NCBI GenBank assembly: GCA_016748015.1
Contig: JAAOMT010000029.1
Span: 112,896-176,895 of the forward strand
From: Geosiphon pyriformis uo1
Taxonomy: Eukaryota; Fungi; Glomeromycota
DNA length: 64,000 nt
Direction of reading: 5' to 3'
A program made the position numbers and the translations under genes. Every line of letters starts with the position of its first letter. Positions within the stretch are counted from its first letter, which is position 1. This document shows positions 28,566-42,505 of the stretch, one piece after another. The notes under the pieces are model-generated. The model saw only the letters and a program-made list of their open reading frames with translations. It was not told the origin of the DNA and searched no databases.

Positions 28566-28950
28566 CTTTTTTTTCTAAATAAAAGTTTATGCCGTATTCG
28601 CAGCACTTGATTTCCCTCAGCCTCAAGGTGAGAAGCACAAAGTAATTACTTTTGGTCAGCCAAGAATGGGAGATCATCAATTCGTAACTTACGTTTGGCA
28701 AAGGTTGTGGATCTATCGTGTAACTTACGCCAATGACCTAATTCCATCATTCCCAAAAGGTGAATATCGACATCTGTCAAAAGAATATTGGATACCTGAG
28801 AGCAATTATTGTGACTGTCAAAGTCATATTGTAAACTTAATTGAATGTTTTCCTAATTCTAATCTTGAAGAAAACCCGGTAAAGAATGTTTAATTTTAAA
28901 ATTTTGTTAACTGTAAAAATTAAGAAAATATACCCTTTATGAGATGAACT

Positions 28951-28994
<44 letters not shown>

Positions 28995-29108
28995 CATTGC
29001 AATGCACAATTTTTTGACAACTCTCGAATGCTAATAAATAAATGGGTAAAAGACAATCACAATGGTCCATACTTTGGCTATGTATTGGGTAAATGTGTTC
29101 GCTTTTGA
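27697..29108 (+). CDS. Class-3 lipase-like protein (alpha/beta hydrolase) lacking the catalytic Ser (~354 aa)
   Basis: Exons 27697-28078, 28149-28424, 28586-28878, 28995-29108. Motifs: FIGFGIGGVYAVFAAL, VITFGQPRMGD, IYRVTYANDLIP, YRH..KEYWI, ENPHCN, HNGPYFG. The N-terminal hydrophobic segment may be a signal anchor. Confidence 0.85.
28503..28574. repeat. Intronic poly(T) tract (a second one lies at 28963-28992)
   Basis: Seen directly inside lipase introns 2 and 3. Confidence 0.95.
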
Positions 29109-29404
29109 AATAAGAATTTCAACCAAAAATTATTTAAAAGTACCTTTCACTTGTATAAAACTCTGAATTCTGTGAAAACAACATATTTGAAAAATAAGAA
29201 TTTTAAACTAGTTATAATATTCAAATTAAAAGTTACAAGCTGTTTAGATTAAATAATTATAATTTTTAAAAAAACAAATTAAAGAATTATCAGATTATAT
29301 AAGAAAATTTACCAAATATTCTTTAATTAAAGTACAATCAAATTTATTTTAAAATAGTTTCTTTTAAGCAGCATAAATTTTTTAATAAATATTAATAAGA
29401 TACA

Positions 29405-29435
<31 letters not shown>

Positions 29436-30732
29436 TTTGAAATATTAAATAGCTAATTTAAATAAATAAATATGTAAATATCTAATTATATTAGAATATT
29501 TGTATTTTATTTTATTAATAACGGTTAATACTAGAAATATTATTTCGCTAAAAAAAAATTCATTGAAATGGCAGCATGAATTTCTTATTTTTACACCTGC
29601 ATGTCTTAGTGCATTTAATATTTGTTTAGTTCCATCTTTTGAGTCATATTTTTTATGGACCACTGATTTTAAGCAAATTCAATTTTAAATTAAATCTCAA
29701 GTATGAACCAATTATATTTTCGAGATACCAAATAAAGTGGATTTGAAAAATTTCGAGACAAATAGTTCCCGATGAAAAAAAAGAGTACCATGAACAGATC
29801 AAACATTAAATAAGTTTGTTTTAGATGATTCTCAAATAAAAAAAAATATTATTGCATAATAGGGAAATTTTGAGCATATATCGTTAAAGTTTTTTAACAA
29901 AAATACTACCAAATTCGAATTTCTAATCATCATACTGCAGTCTTCATTGCATATCATTACATCACTATTACGTTCATTGTTTTATTAACGTGAAGAGTAA
30001 AAACTAAAAATTTTAATTTTTTTTTATTAGCATATCTCAAAAATATTTATCATGACCATAATCTTGAAATAAAATTACTTCACTGATTCAAATGTTACAT
30101 GAATTTTTTTCCAACTAAAAAAAAATATTTTCTTTAACTTTCTCTAAGCGATGGTTCCATATATGCTAACACCAAATTTTTTTATTCCGGCTTGCGCATT
30201 GGAAATCCCACGTTTCGATCGTTAAACCTAATTTTTTTCAAAGATTAAAAATACTTTAGTTTAGCTTGGAGACAAGGAGGTTAACATAATAAATAGTTAC
30301 AAATCAAAATACTAACTCAGATCATGACCATTTACTACCCTGAGAATATATCAAATTCAAGGATTTTCGTCATTTTGACGCAGCTTGGAATCAAAATCAC
30401 CCAGAAAGGTTAAAATTAAAATTATTGCCTGGAATTCATTTCGCTAATCAAAAAATAGATCAATGCCCTGTCATTATCCAGTTTCATCTTTGCGTCATTC
30501 TTAGCTCTCTCTTTTATTGTTTCAAAAATCTTAATGATGTATCCATGACGAAAGGTAATGTTACGGTGATGCTCAACTAAAAGAATAACTTTTATTAAAA
30601 GGAGGTACATTTTCTTTTTTTTTTCGACACAATTCTTACATCTCTTTAAATTATCTGTCACATCTGTTTCTGTGTGAAAACTCACATCTTTGATTTCTAA
30701 TTCCATTCTTCGTGTTTTAACATATTAAAATA

Positions 30733-33700
30733 ATGTCTGTACAGCATAACCGTATACCTACTGTGAGCATTGTAAAGGAGGGTAGTCATTTAACCGGCCG
30801 TTACCCAGTAGGAACTAGTATCGGTTGGTGCGAAAATGATGGTGCTCATGAAACTACCACGCTTAGTAAATTTACCCCACAACACTCATTGAAACTTCCA
30901 AGACAAAAAGCTTTCGATTCTCTTGAATATCTATGGAATCTGAAAGAAGGAGAGCTCCCTAGTAATGCCACTATCGAAACCTGGCTTCATGACCTGCACG
31001 AAGCCTCAAAAATTGATACAAGACGCAGAAGGTTGTCCGGTGATGGGGAACGTTTGTTAAAGGATTTTAGGTTACTCTTACGCGTTTTACGTGACGTTTT
31101 ATTCGAAAAGAATTCAGATGAAAAGATTCAACATTTTGTTCGTATTGTGACAAAGGAGAGCAAGCCAGCCGTCTCAGGTGAGTAAAGTTCCATTCGTTTT
31201 TTTGCACATCATCATCATCATCATTAATCCTAGAATATTTATTAGAGGATATCAATAAAGGTGTAGCGAAAGGTACTGAAAAAGCTCCCAAGGTAGAACA
31301 ACGGAGCCATGAAATAAAGGATGAAGTTAAAAGAGGTAAATGATAAATAAAATTCACTTCTGAATTTAATTAACTCTAAACAAATCTAAGTAATACCAAA
31401 AAAAAAAACAACTATAGGATATGAATCAATGCTTATCGTGGCTCAACTCCTAACTACAAATCAGGAATTTAGGGACCTTTTACATGATCTCGTTGTTATT
31501 TTTCGTGATATGTTTGGAGATGCTGCTCTTAAGATTGGTGAATTGGCAAGACCATCTGAAGAAGAGCGTAGACGAGCCTTTGATGGTTATACAGACCGTG
31601 AAGAGGGAAGGGAGGGGTTTAGTGAAGATCGTAGACATTCACACTTCGGACATGGGAATATTCACGCGGGAAACCAATTTTCTGAGCAGCATTCAAGTCC
31701 TCCTCCCATTTCAACTGGGCAACAAATTCCATCAGTGCAGGATTCCGAACAGTCGGACAATATATTTGTAAAGGGTCGACAATATTTGAAGGACCAATTT
31801 ACCGGAAGTCAACACGAAGCTTTTGATCGCACATCTGGTTACGTAACCGAAAAAGTTCCGCCAAAGACTCGTCAAACCTTAATCTACAGACTAAAAACGG
31901 CTTTATATCAAGTTCAAGCAGATGAAAGCTATCAAGAAGCTATTAATTATTTGTTTGAGCTGTCTGCTATATGGGCCAATCAGGCTGCTGGGCTAAGTTC
32001 AGAAGCAGGATCAGCCGCAAAAAACTATACTAGAGAGCCTGCTTATGTTCAAGCTCAATCCTTGTTGAAGGTTTGATTTTTAAAGAAAATTTATTCCACA
32101 AATTTCAATCCCCCAACTAAATTTATTTATTTATTAGCAAATCATTGAAGCTTTTGCTCAAAATAAGTCGCTCGATCCACTCTTTAATGCGATGAATATC
32201 TTTTTCGGTCATGTCCGTCAAGATCCTGCACTTCAACATTACTTTGAGGAGGTTAGTTTGTATAAAAATGACCTTACTTGAAACAAATACCATTTTATAT
32301 TCCTTTTTAACATGCCCACTTTAGGTGAACACATATTTAAAAAGACTTCTCCAAGAGCCTGGTTACTTTGACAATGAAGATAGCAACTACCGTGGGAATG
32401 AATTGATCCAACGAGGGCAAAATTTGTTAGGCGAAAAATATAGACCGGATATGAATCGGTTGAACAATGAAGCTATGGTTTTTCTTAACGCTTTGGTCAC
32501 GGATCCAGTGACGAAACGATTCGGGACAAGTATCAAAGCATTTGGAAAAGACTTGTTGTTGGATGAGTATGTTGATTCGTTATATAATCAAGCCTTTGCC
32601 AATTTATTCAACTAATATCATTTAAATCCGTAGAAATAACAGTCCAACCTTCAAAATGCACCTTTTCCAAGATTTTCGATCAACATTTTTTCCAATCATT
32701 TTCCAACATATTCATCAAATCCCTATCCCACGTATTGAGTATACAGATGAACATTATGATGCTGTTATAGAAAACATGGTTCTGACAAGCGATACTTTCT
32801 TCCCAAATCGCATCAATATTGACGTGAGTAGTAAATCTGGATCGTCCTCGTTACAAAAATGAATAATAAACTCGTATTCACACTTTTTCTTGATTGAATA
32901 CAGGTGAGAAACCATATTACCATCAGCCCTGTCCAAGAAAATGCCGATAAAAATCAGCATTGGTTATATCTTGATGTGCAAGGTCTACATGCAGAGGCTA
33001 AGGATGTCGCGTTTCAATTTAAGAAGAAAACCGGATTCTTGAAACCTATGGAATATGGATCTGCTAAAGTCCAGGTAAATAATTGATCTATGACTTGCAT
33101 CACGTCTGGTGTTATTTCTCGTACCAATTGACTAATTAAGGGATACTTTTTTGCCATTAAATAATACAGGTTGGGCAGCCTGGTAGGGGGGGAATATCCT
33201 TTAACGCTACTTTAACCTTGGGGGAAGATGATGACCAGATGTATAGAGTTAGCGCTGTTCATGTTAACGTTAAGAATCTGAAGGTAATCATTTCCGGGAA
33301 AAAACATGGGTAAGCTATTTTAGTTTTTGAGAGTTACTTTATGTGTGAATTTTTCCTTCAGAAACATCTTAACATTGATTTTTCAAAATATTCTAGGCTT
33401 CTGCTTAAATTATTCAAGCCAACAATCGTCACCTTGATCACAAAGCAAATTGAGCAAAGTCTCGAATCCACAATCCGTGAAACACTCGATTCTACGGCAG
33501 TAGGCTTGTCTAATTTCGTGTCTATGATAAAGACAAAGGCCTGGGACAATCGCCATGATATGGAGGATGATGAATATACTCCTTATCGTGGAAAATCGAG
33601 ACGTAGCTCAACCAAATCATTTCTTGGTGGTTTCTTTAGGCGTAATTTTTCAAAAACTGATAGACGCGGTTCCTTGAGGCATGAGGATCATCAGAAAGGC

Positions 33701-33898
33701 AAAATGAGAGATGATGAAAAAATGTTCGTCGAGCCTTATTCAATAGGCGATAAAAATCATGGATTTGGAAGCGGTGAAGGGGAAGCAAGCCGAACTACTA
33801 ATTTACCCCAATCTGATAAACATCTAAATGGGATACATAAAGTCGCGTATGGCCTTGGCGAACATCCACAGTCTCCGGCTGTAACGGTTAAGCCTTAG
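30733..33898 (+). CDS. HAM1-like (DUF5923/DUF4449) protein with BPI/TULIP-like C-terminal region (~848 aa)
   Basis: Exons 30733-31177, 31246-31335, 31418-32070, 32138-32251, 32325-32566, 32634-32823, 32904-33074, 33170-33309, 33397-33898. Motifs: GELPSNA, LSGDGERLLKD, EKNSDEKIQHF, LLTTNQEFRDLLHD, IPIPRIEYTD, ENMVLTSDTFFPN, FQFKKKTGF, KLFKP. Confidence 0.85.
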
Positions 33899-36239
33899 AT
33901 GTCGCATTTTAACTTTTAAATATTGATGGTCTCCAGAATTTCCTCTTTAGTTTTTATTATAATTGTAACAATATTTATTTATGTATTTTAATATTATGAG
34001 CATTGAACTTTTCTAGTATTACATGTTATCTTTCATTTGATTGCAAGAATTTCGAAAAATCCAATTTATCCCTTATAATTTACAAACACCCTTAACTTTT
34101 ATTGTATCTTATCATTCATTAATTCAATTTCACCCCTGCATTATTTAACTGATCTTGAAAAAATAACATTATAAAATTTGAACCTCTTCTGTTCGATTTT
34201 GTCGAAAGAAGGAAACTGAATTTATGTGGAAAACCTTTTGTCCATGAAAGAAAGTAAGCCATGTTATGTAGAGCTTGTATTTTTTACGAATGAGTATTTT
34301 TCATTAGCATGGATTAAAAGGCGAATTTTGATGCAAATATATCTGACACTAATAAGTAATTTTTTGAATTTATCATTTATTTTTACCCTCTTAATGTTTT
34401 TAACCCCATATTTCTTACAGTTGAAATCGTAAAAGCTGTCTCGTACCACTTTTTGTACTGTAATACTATGAAGAAATTATTTTGTTGATCTATAAAATTC
34501 TCATTTCCTTCTTTTTCGATACTTTTTTGTCCTGTTTTTAGAGAACGATTTTCACTGGAAAAATTCTTTCAACGACACTAAATAAAATTATTACCAAGGA
34601 GTTATCTTAAAGATTAAGAGTTCCAATTTGTTCCGAATTCACTCAAGGAGATGACTGTGCTTGCTGCTTGTATATGGGCATTGGGTATCTCTTCTAGCTA
34701 TTTTAGATAAGTCCTTAAAAAAGAAATCTTGGTCCTCGCAGATTTATTCAGTTTTTACTTTCGATTTTCCCTATTCAAAATATTATAGAAATTCATTTTA
34801 TTAACCCTGCCAAGGCTGCACTTATATGATAACACTGATCAATCCTTAAAATAAAAGAAGTCGAATCAAACATGTAATGCCCTTTCAATTTTATAAGATG
34901 ATGGGCTTGATCAATCTTGCAGGTTGTTCTTGCTGGACTTTGCCATCCGAGCTTTAAGTTTTCTTGAGTGTGTAATATCTTGCTCAACTGAGATATATCA
35001 TTCAAAGCATTTTATTCCGGTTGTTTGATGTGCGCGTTGATATCTTAATTTTTTGGATTCACGTCACGCTATTGGTTGATATCTTATAGTCTATTTCTCT
35101 TTCCGGGGCTGTTCGTCAAGATATTCCGTGGTCTCTTCGACATTGAACTCTGACCAGGTCATCTTAAACTTTCTGTTCTTCTTTCTCTCTTTCCCTTTCT
35201 TTATAATGACAACTATGAAATATTAAAATTATTTATATAAATTATTGTATTTACTTGTTTCTATTAATAAAAATACTTTTCTAAGGAATTTCGACAATGA
35301 TGAATTTTTGTGATTATTTGGCGAAAAAAAATTGTTTGGAGTGTTAACACAGATTTAATCTCTTTATTTGTTTTTTTATTTGTTATATTCATTATTTTTG
35401 TAATTCCTAGCTTTTTGCATGTCACCTTCAGTGAAGTTATAACCATTTTTTAAAATTTTTATGGGTGTCTTATCAAATTTCTTAAATGATAACATCGTTG
35501 CATCAAATTTGTTAGTAATTGCCAAATTTTTTTTAATAATGCGTTTAATAAAAGTCATGCTTTTGGTTATAAACAACAATTATGATGTGTATGTATTTTT
35601 GAAATAATTCATATATTTTTCAGTTTTTACCTTGTCACCTTTGAAAATTTCAGGTTAAAAATAAGGTTAACCATTTTTGCACAGAGAGAAAATATTTGTT
35701 ATGCTTAAATTACGTTAATATATGACCGTTTGCATCAAAAAAAAAAAATTTTGCCGATTTTCTCAAGGCTCTAAAGAATTTTAAAAATTAAAAACCTTTA
35801 AGATTGCACCTGCGTGGTTATTTTAATAAAAAAGAAATTCGTCTTTGTTTAATTAAGAACAAATTTATACGGTAAAAATGCTCAAGAAAGAGGTTGCATT
35901 ATTGGGCGGTTCTTTACTTGTGTTAAAAATTGCCTTGACCCATTAGAATTAACAAAAGTGATTAAAAATCTGTTTTTGATTAACGCTCTGAACGTAAAAT
36001 TCTTTGGGAAACTAAAATAAGAAAAATGCCAAAAATTCTGCTTGCTGCCGAAATCTCATCTAAAAATCTAAACTCTTCTTTGGACAGACGAATTCTCTAT
36101 AATTACAGATTCTTATGGAACTTTTCATTCATGGTGTCATAAAAGTAAGTTTTACAACACAAGTAATGGTTAAAAAGTAGATGTAAACCTATCATAGTAT
36201 GGGGGGGGGGGGAGGATGTATTGGGCAAGGTTTGAATCA

Positions 36240-36670
36240 TTTAATTCATGAGCACATGGAAACCTTACATTGAATATAGTTTATTCAATGATTAGGACCA
36301 CAAAAAAAGCAATATTCCAGAAATAACGTTCCAATTAACAAGTGAAAGCTTGGAATTTTAATTTAGCATGACCTCTACAATTGCCAGATCTTAGTCCAAT
36401 AGGAAATATGTGGAGGGAAGTTAAAAAATTGGATTCATTAGAACCGAAGGCCACGAACAGAGGCTAACTTGGAGGAGGCAATCTTTACTGCTTGGAATGC
36501 TATTTCATTAGGGACAATTCTTCAATTTATTGACTTGGTGCAAAACGTGTTAAAGAAGTTATGAAAGGAAAGGGTTACACGATCCATTGGAATTTGGTTT
36601 TTCTTATTGTGAAAAAAAGTTACATAAATAATCATTATTTTTATTCCTAATTTTGTGTCACCCGTCTGTA
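36240..36670 (+). mobile_element. Tc1/mariner (DDE_3) transposase 3' remnant with right terminal end
   Basis: A*PLQLPDLSPIGNMWREVK is a decayed WPPQSPDLNPIENVW. It is followed by LEEAIFTAWNAI..ILQFID..KRVKEVMKGKGYTIH with frameshifts. The element ends ...gtgtcacccgtCTG|TA at 36668-36670, a Tc1-type end with TA target. No left end was found. Confidence 0.8.
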
Positions 36671-37744
36671 CTTAGAAAGAATTTGTTTTTCTATGAAAAT
36701 AACATTGGACACAAAGATTAAAAATTCGTTCAAGTATACTTCTTCGCTGCTCAAAGAAAAGGTGAGTTTCGAACACTTAATCAAAATAATTTCGGCACGT
36801 GAGCTTATGGTAAGAAAGTTTTAAATAATTAATGATCTACAATATGAAGGGAGACCGCAGTCCGGAACTTCGGCCCGGTTCTCTTCGAACATTAAAGCCG
36901 TGGGAAGATTATATTCCTCAAAATGACGTAAAATTAGGACATTGTTCAAAATAGAATATTTAGACCTTATTTACAAATTTCTTATTAGGATAGCATAAAA
37001 GCAGTCGAAGCGTGAAAAGAATTAAAGCAACAGAATGTTGAATTGGGATCAAATTATTAATCAAGCCTGCGGCAACTAGAAATATTTTATAGTCGTTTCC
37101 TTAATGAATAACAATACGAATTGAAAATTTTTATAAGATTAACAAAAAGAATACGTACTTCTTTGCTATTAGTAATGAATAAATGGGATTTCTTTTACCC
37201 AAAAGGAATGCCAATAGATCTCCAAGTTTTTGCCTTTTCTAATTCGTGTAACTTGAACCTAATTTCATTATTTGCTTTGCTAATTGGGTTTAATATTAAA
37301 GCCAATTTCAGCTGTAAAATGAACCTCATCAACCCCCGATTTTTCTAATCAGTATCAAAGTTTAATGACCAATAAGTTTTAAACTATTTTCATTATGACA
37401 GGCTCGGTATCTCGGCGAAAAGATCCCTCTCAAGGTAAAGACACGACTCAAATATTCGTGTAACAGATTAATAAAGAGAAATTTCATTATATCTATAAAT
37501 ATAATTTTTTACAATATGTGAATCTCTCAATAGTACTATAAATAGCTGTAAATTCAGGAAAGAAAAGAAAAGAAATTCAGAAAATTGAATTAAAAAAATC
37601 CTTCTTTCAACCAGTTCATAACTCCCACTTTTGGTTGTGAATTTTGGTATAAACAACTGTCAGAACCAAAAAAAAATTTAAATCTTAAATCCTTTTAAAC
37701 AGGATATATTGAATGCGATTAGTTTTTAAAAACTTGAAGCAACC

Positions 37745-40700
37745 ATGACAACACCAACAAAAGGGGTCCAAGAAGCTGTGGACAACATACATTTAGACGC
37801 TCCTAACAATCAATTAAGCTTCAATTCCGAAAAAAATCAATCTAAACTCTCCTCGGAAACGCCGATAGACTTCTCTGTAACCGATTTACTTTCACAGGAA
37901 GTAAATTTGAACGGCAAAAGCGAACCTGATAATGGTTTCTCGGAAAAGGAAAAAGATAGCAAGAAACAAAAAGAGAAAGATGACCTAGCAAAAGTTGGTT
38001 TCTTTGAACTATTTCGATTTGCTACACCGGTTGAGAGATTATTCATGTTCCTTGGCTCAATATCTGCCGCAGCTAATGGTTCAGCTTTACCAATAATGAC
38101 CATTGTCTTCTCTGCTTTCATAAAAGCATTTTATAAGTTCGTTAGAGATTATAAAGATGATGGTCAAAAAGCAAAAGATGAATTGACCGACAGTGTGAAC
38201 AAAAATTCTGTCTGGTTTATTATAATGGGAGTTAGTGTCTTTGTACTCAGTTATCTACAGATGACATTGTGGATGATTGCTGGGGAAAGGCAAGCCAAGG
38301 TAAAGACATTTGAAATTTTTAATCAATTTAAATTCAGGGATAACAATGTTAAGCCTATCAAATCAATTATAGCGTATACGAATATTATATTATTCTTCTA
38401 TTCTACGGCAAGATATTGCGTGGTTCGATTCAATTTCTACCGGAGATTTAACAACGCGTATTTCCGGAGATGTAACACTGCTGCAAGAAGGTATATCTGA
38501 AAAAATTGGTTTCATTATACAATACGTCACCACATTTATTGCTGGTTTCGTCATTGCTTTCACTAAAGGTAATTTCTTTCAATTATTTTTTCATTTTCAT
38601 AATGATGAATCAAATTTCTCAAATTCTTTATCTAATTTTCAGGATGGAAGCTCTCCCTCGTTCTCACTTCGGTCATTCCTTTGTTAGTCGCTGCTGGGGG
38701 TGCAATGGCTTATGGTATTTCGAATTCAGCTGTGGATGGTCAAGGTACCTTTTCGAAACTTTACTTGACAAATTTCAAATCATTTTGATATGTGACAAAT
38801 TTTTGAAACTACTTTGAATTTCTGAAAGATGCTTATGGTGCAGCTGGCGCAGTAGCAGAGCAAGTTTTTGGTGGAATCAGGACGGTGGTCGCGTTTGCTG
38901 GTGAAAGGAGGGAAATTGTTCGATATAAGGAGAAAGTAATGATTTTTTTTATTCTAATAGAAACCTTAGATTTGATCGAATTGAATTTTTTCTCACCAAA
39001 TTTTTTTTATTCAAAATGTACAGCTTCAAATTGCATATAAGGTCGGAGTAAAGAAAGCCTTAATTAGTGGTATTGGAATGGGGGCTATTATGGGAATTTT
39101 ATTCTCAACTTATGGGCTTGCTTTCTGGTATGGTGCCAAGCTTGTTGTTAATGGGGAACTAACTGGCGACCAAGTTTTAAACGTCTTTTTTGCTATTATC
39201 ATTGGTGGTATGTATGAATTTCGTCCTTTTTCAATTGTCAAAAAGTGAATCTTTAATTTTTTAAATAACTTTGAGTTTGCCGTAATTTTTATTTTCAAGC
39301 ATTCTCACTTGGTAACGCATCACCAAATTTCTCTTCGGTGGGCAACGCTTTGGGTGCTGCGGCTAAATTATTTGCTATGATCGATCGTGTTCCTCCGATT
39401 GATTCTGCATCAGAGCAAGGCAAAATTCTCGTAAAATCTGATGTCCGTGGTCAAATCGAATTTAAAAACATCAATTTCCACTATCCACAACGTCCTGATG
39501 TTCCAATTTTGAAAAATTTTAATTTGACAATCGAAGCTGGACAAACCGTTGCACTAGTTGGAAGCTCTGGGAGTGGAAAATCAACAATCATCAGTTTACT
39601 GGAACGTTTTTACGACCCAATCAGTGGATCTGTGTCACTTGATGGAGTCGATCTCAAAAACGTTAATATTCAATCACTCAGGACACAAATTGGTCTTGTG
39701 GGCCAAGAACCTGTACTCTTCCCTGAAAGTATTGCACAAAATATTAAATGGGGTGGAATATCGGACGGTCCTGAACCAACTTTAGAAGAAGTTATCGAAG
39801 CTTCCAAGAAGGCTAATGCGCATGAATTTGTTATCGATTTACCAGATCAATATAATTCAATGGTTGGTGAAAAAGGAGCTCTTTTATCAGGTGGCCAGAA
39901 ACAAAGGTACATTTATAATCGGAATTTATTATCAATTTTTTTTTGCGTATGTTGGACTGACTTCATTGTAAATTATAGAATTGCAATAGCACGAGCTCTT
40001 ATTAAAGATCCCGCAATCCTTTTACTCGATGAAGCTACATCTGCTCTTGACACAGAATCCGAACGACTTGTTCAAGACGCTCTCGACGCAGCTTCCACGA
40101 ACCGAACCACCGTTGTGGTCGCTCATCGCTTGTCGACCATAAAAAATGCCGACAAAATCGTCGTAATGCAAAAAGGGGAAATTATGGAAATTGGTCGCCA
40201 TGATGAATTAATTGAGCGAGAAGGCATTTACTATGGGTTGGTCAAAGCTCAGGAACTCAAAACAAAACGCGACGCGCATGATGACAATGATAGCGATGAT
40301 GAAGAATCAATAAGCAGCCAAAACGGTGAAACCATTATAGAAATGGATGAAAAAAAGAAGCAATTTTTGCGGCGTATGTCAACAAAAGCCTCGACAGTTA
40401 AATCTAACGAGGAAATAATAGCTGATGACTATGAACAAAAATCAAAAGAAAAATTACTTCTGATTCGTGTGTTCAAAATGAATTTACCAGAATGGCCAAT
40501 CATTATATTTGGTATTTTGGGGGCCGCCGTCAATGGTGCTATTATGCCATTATTCTCACTGGTCTTTTCCACAATTTTGCAAATATTCTCTAAAACAGAC
40601 GAGTAAGCAAGAAAATATGCTTTCCTCTCTTTCCCGTTTAATATGCTCAATCCTGATTTACCATTTGTATTTTAGCTTACCCCAGATGCGAAAGGATGCA

Positions 40701-42505
40701 AATTTCTGGGCAGCAATGTTTGTTGTGTTGGCTGGTGTTGCTTTAGTTGCCAATTTCTTGCAAATGGGATTATTCTCAATAAGGTAAACTTCTTTTGATT
40801 TCAACAAATTAAGATTATCCTATCTTAATTGCCAATAATTTTATTTATTTAACTAAGTGGTGAACGGTTGACAAAACGTGTACGTGCTCTAACCTTCGAA
40901 GCAATAATCAGACAAGAAATCGCCTTTTTTGATGAAGAAAAAAATAGTACGGGAGCGCTGACTTCAAAACTTGCAACTGATGCATCAAAGGTTGAAGGTT
41001 TAACGGGAGGGTAAGATTTTCAGACAATATATTTTTATATTTAGATAATTTAAATACAAAAACTAAAAAGATTATACTCAATTTAGCATAATGGGATCGA
41101 TTATCTCATTATTCAGCAACACTGTCACTGGATTGGTGAGTATAAACGTTCATCGGGGGAACTTGTATTATTTTTACAATACTGAGCCTTTTCTTTTTAA
41201 AATAAAAAGGTAATTGCTTTCGTAATTGGTTGGAAATTAGCAGCAGTCGTCTTAGCATCATCTCCGGCAATCGTAGCCTCTGGCCTTTTGCAAATGAAGG
41301 CTTTGGCCGGTTATGGTGCATCGACGCGCAAAGCCTATGAACAATCCGGAGGAATTGTACAACAATCCGTTTCCAATATGCGCACAATTTCCGCTTTAAC
41401 TCGTGAAGGAACATTCAAAAGAATGTACGAAGAATCACTGGAAAAACCACACAAAATGACCCTCAAAGGAAGTATTTACTCTTCAATTGGCTTTGGACTC
41501 TCTCAAGGACTTCTTTTTTTTGTTTGGACACTAGCGTTTTGGTACGGAAGTCGCTTACTCGGGAACCAGGAATACACATTGGAGCAAATGTTGCGTGTGC
41601 TATTCGCTATCATTTTCACTGCCATGTCTTTGGGTCAACTGAGTGCTTTCGCTCCCAACACAGCAAAGGCAAAAATATCAGCTATCTCCATATTTGAAAT
41701 TCTTGATCGTAGATCTAAGATTGACACGACTGAAAACGAAGGAAAAGAACGTCCAACGCCAGTCACAGGGGAGGTCAGTATTTCCTTAGCAAAATTCAAC
41801 TACCCTGCCCGTCCCGAAACGAAAATTCTTCGGGGTCTAGACATGAGAGTAAAAAGTGGGAAAACTGTTGCTTTGGTTGGTGGTTCTGGTTCTGGAAAGT
41901 CGACAGTAGTATCATTATTACTCCGGTATTACGATGTTTTATCGGGATCGGTTAAAGCTGAAGGAGTAGATGTAAGAGATTGGAATTTGGAATATCTTCG
42001 TTCAAATATGGCTATCGTAGGTCAAGAACCTGTGTTATTTGATTTGACAATTGGTGAAAATATTGCATATGGCAAGGAGGGGTGTACACAAAAGGAAATC
42101 GAAGCAGCAGCAAAGGATGCAAATATTCACAATTTTATTTCGAGCCTACCACTTGGTTATAACACACCTGTCGGGGAAAAGGGTACACAGCTTAGTGGTG
42201 GACAAAAACAACGTGTCGCTATTGCTCGTGCACTTATTCGAAATCCCAAACTTTTACTTCTTGACGAGGCAACATCAGCTCTTGACTCGGAATCCGAAAA
42301 AGTCGTACAAAACGCATTGGATCTTGCTGCAAAAGGCCGAACAACTGTTACAATCGCCCATCGGCTCTCCACTATTCAAAACGCAGACCTTATTCTAGTG
42401 GTGAAAAAGGGAAAAGTGATCGAGCAAGGGAAACATTTAGATTTAATTCAACAACATGGCTTGTATTATGAATTAGTTAATAAGCAGACATTGACTCATC
42501 AATAA
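37745..42505 (+). CDS. mdr1: Full-size ABCB/MDR1 (P-glycoprotein-like) ABC transporter (~1326 aa)
   Basis: Exons 37745-38299, 38373-38568, 38643-38744, 38829-38935, 39024-39207, 39300-39906, 39979-40602, 40676-40783, 40858-41010, 41087-41135, 41210-42505. TMD-NBD-TMD-NBD layout with Walker A GSSGSGKS/GGSGSGKS, LSGGQKQR twice and LLLDEATSALD twice. Confidence 0.96.

Noticed and set aside
34560-35640. Protein-like minus-strand fragments
   Set aside because: Multiple stops and frameshifts and no recognisable motif. Probably a relic, but it cannot be called.
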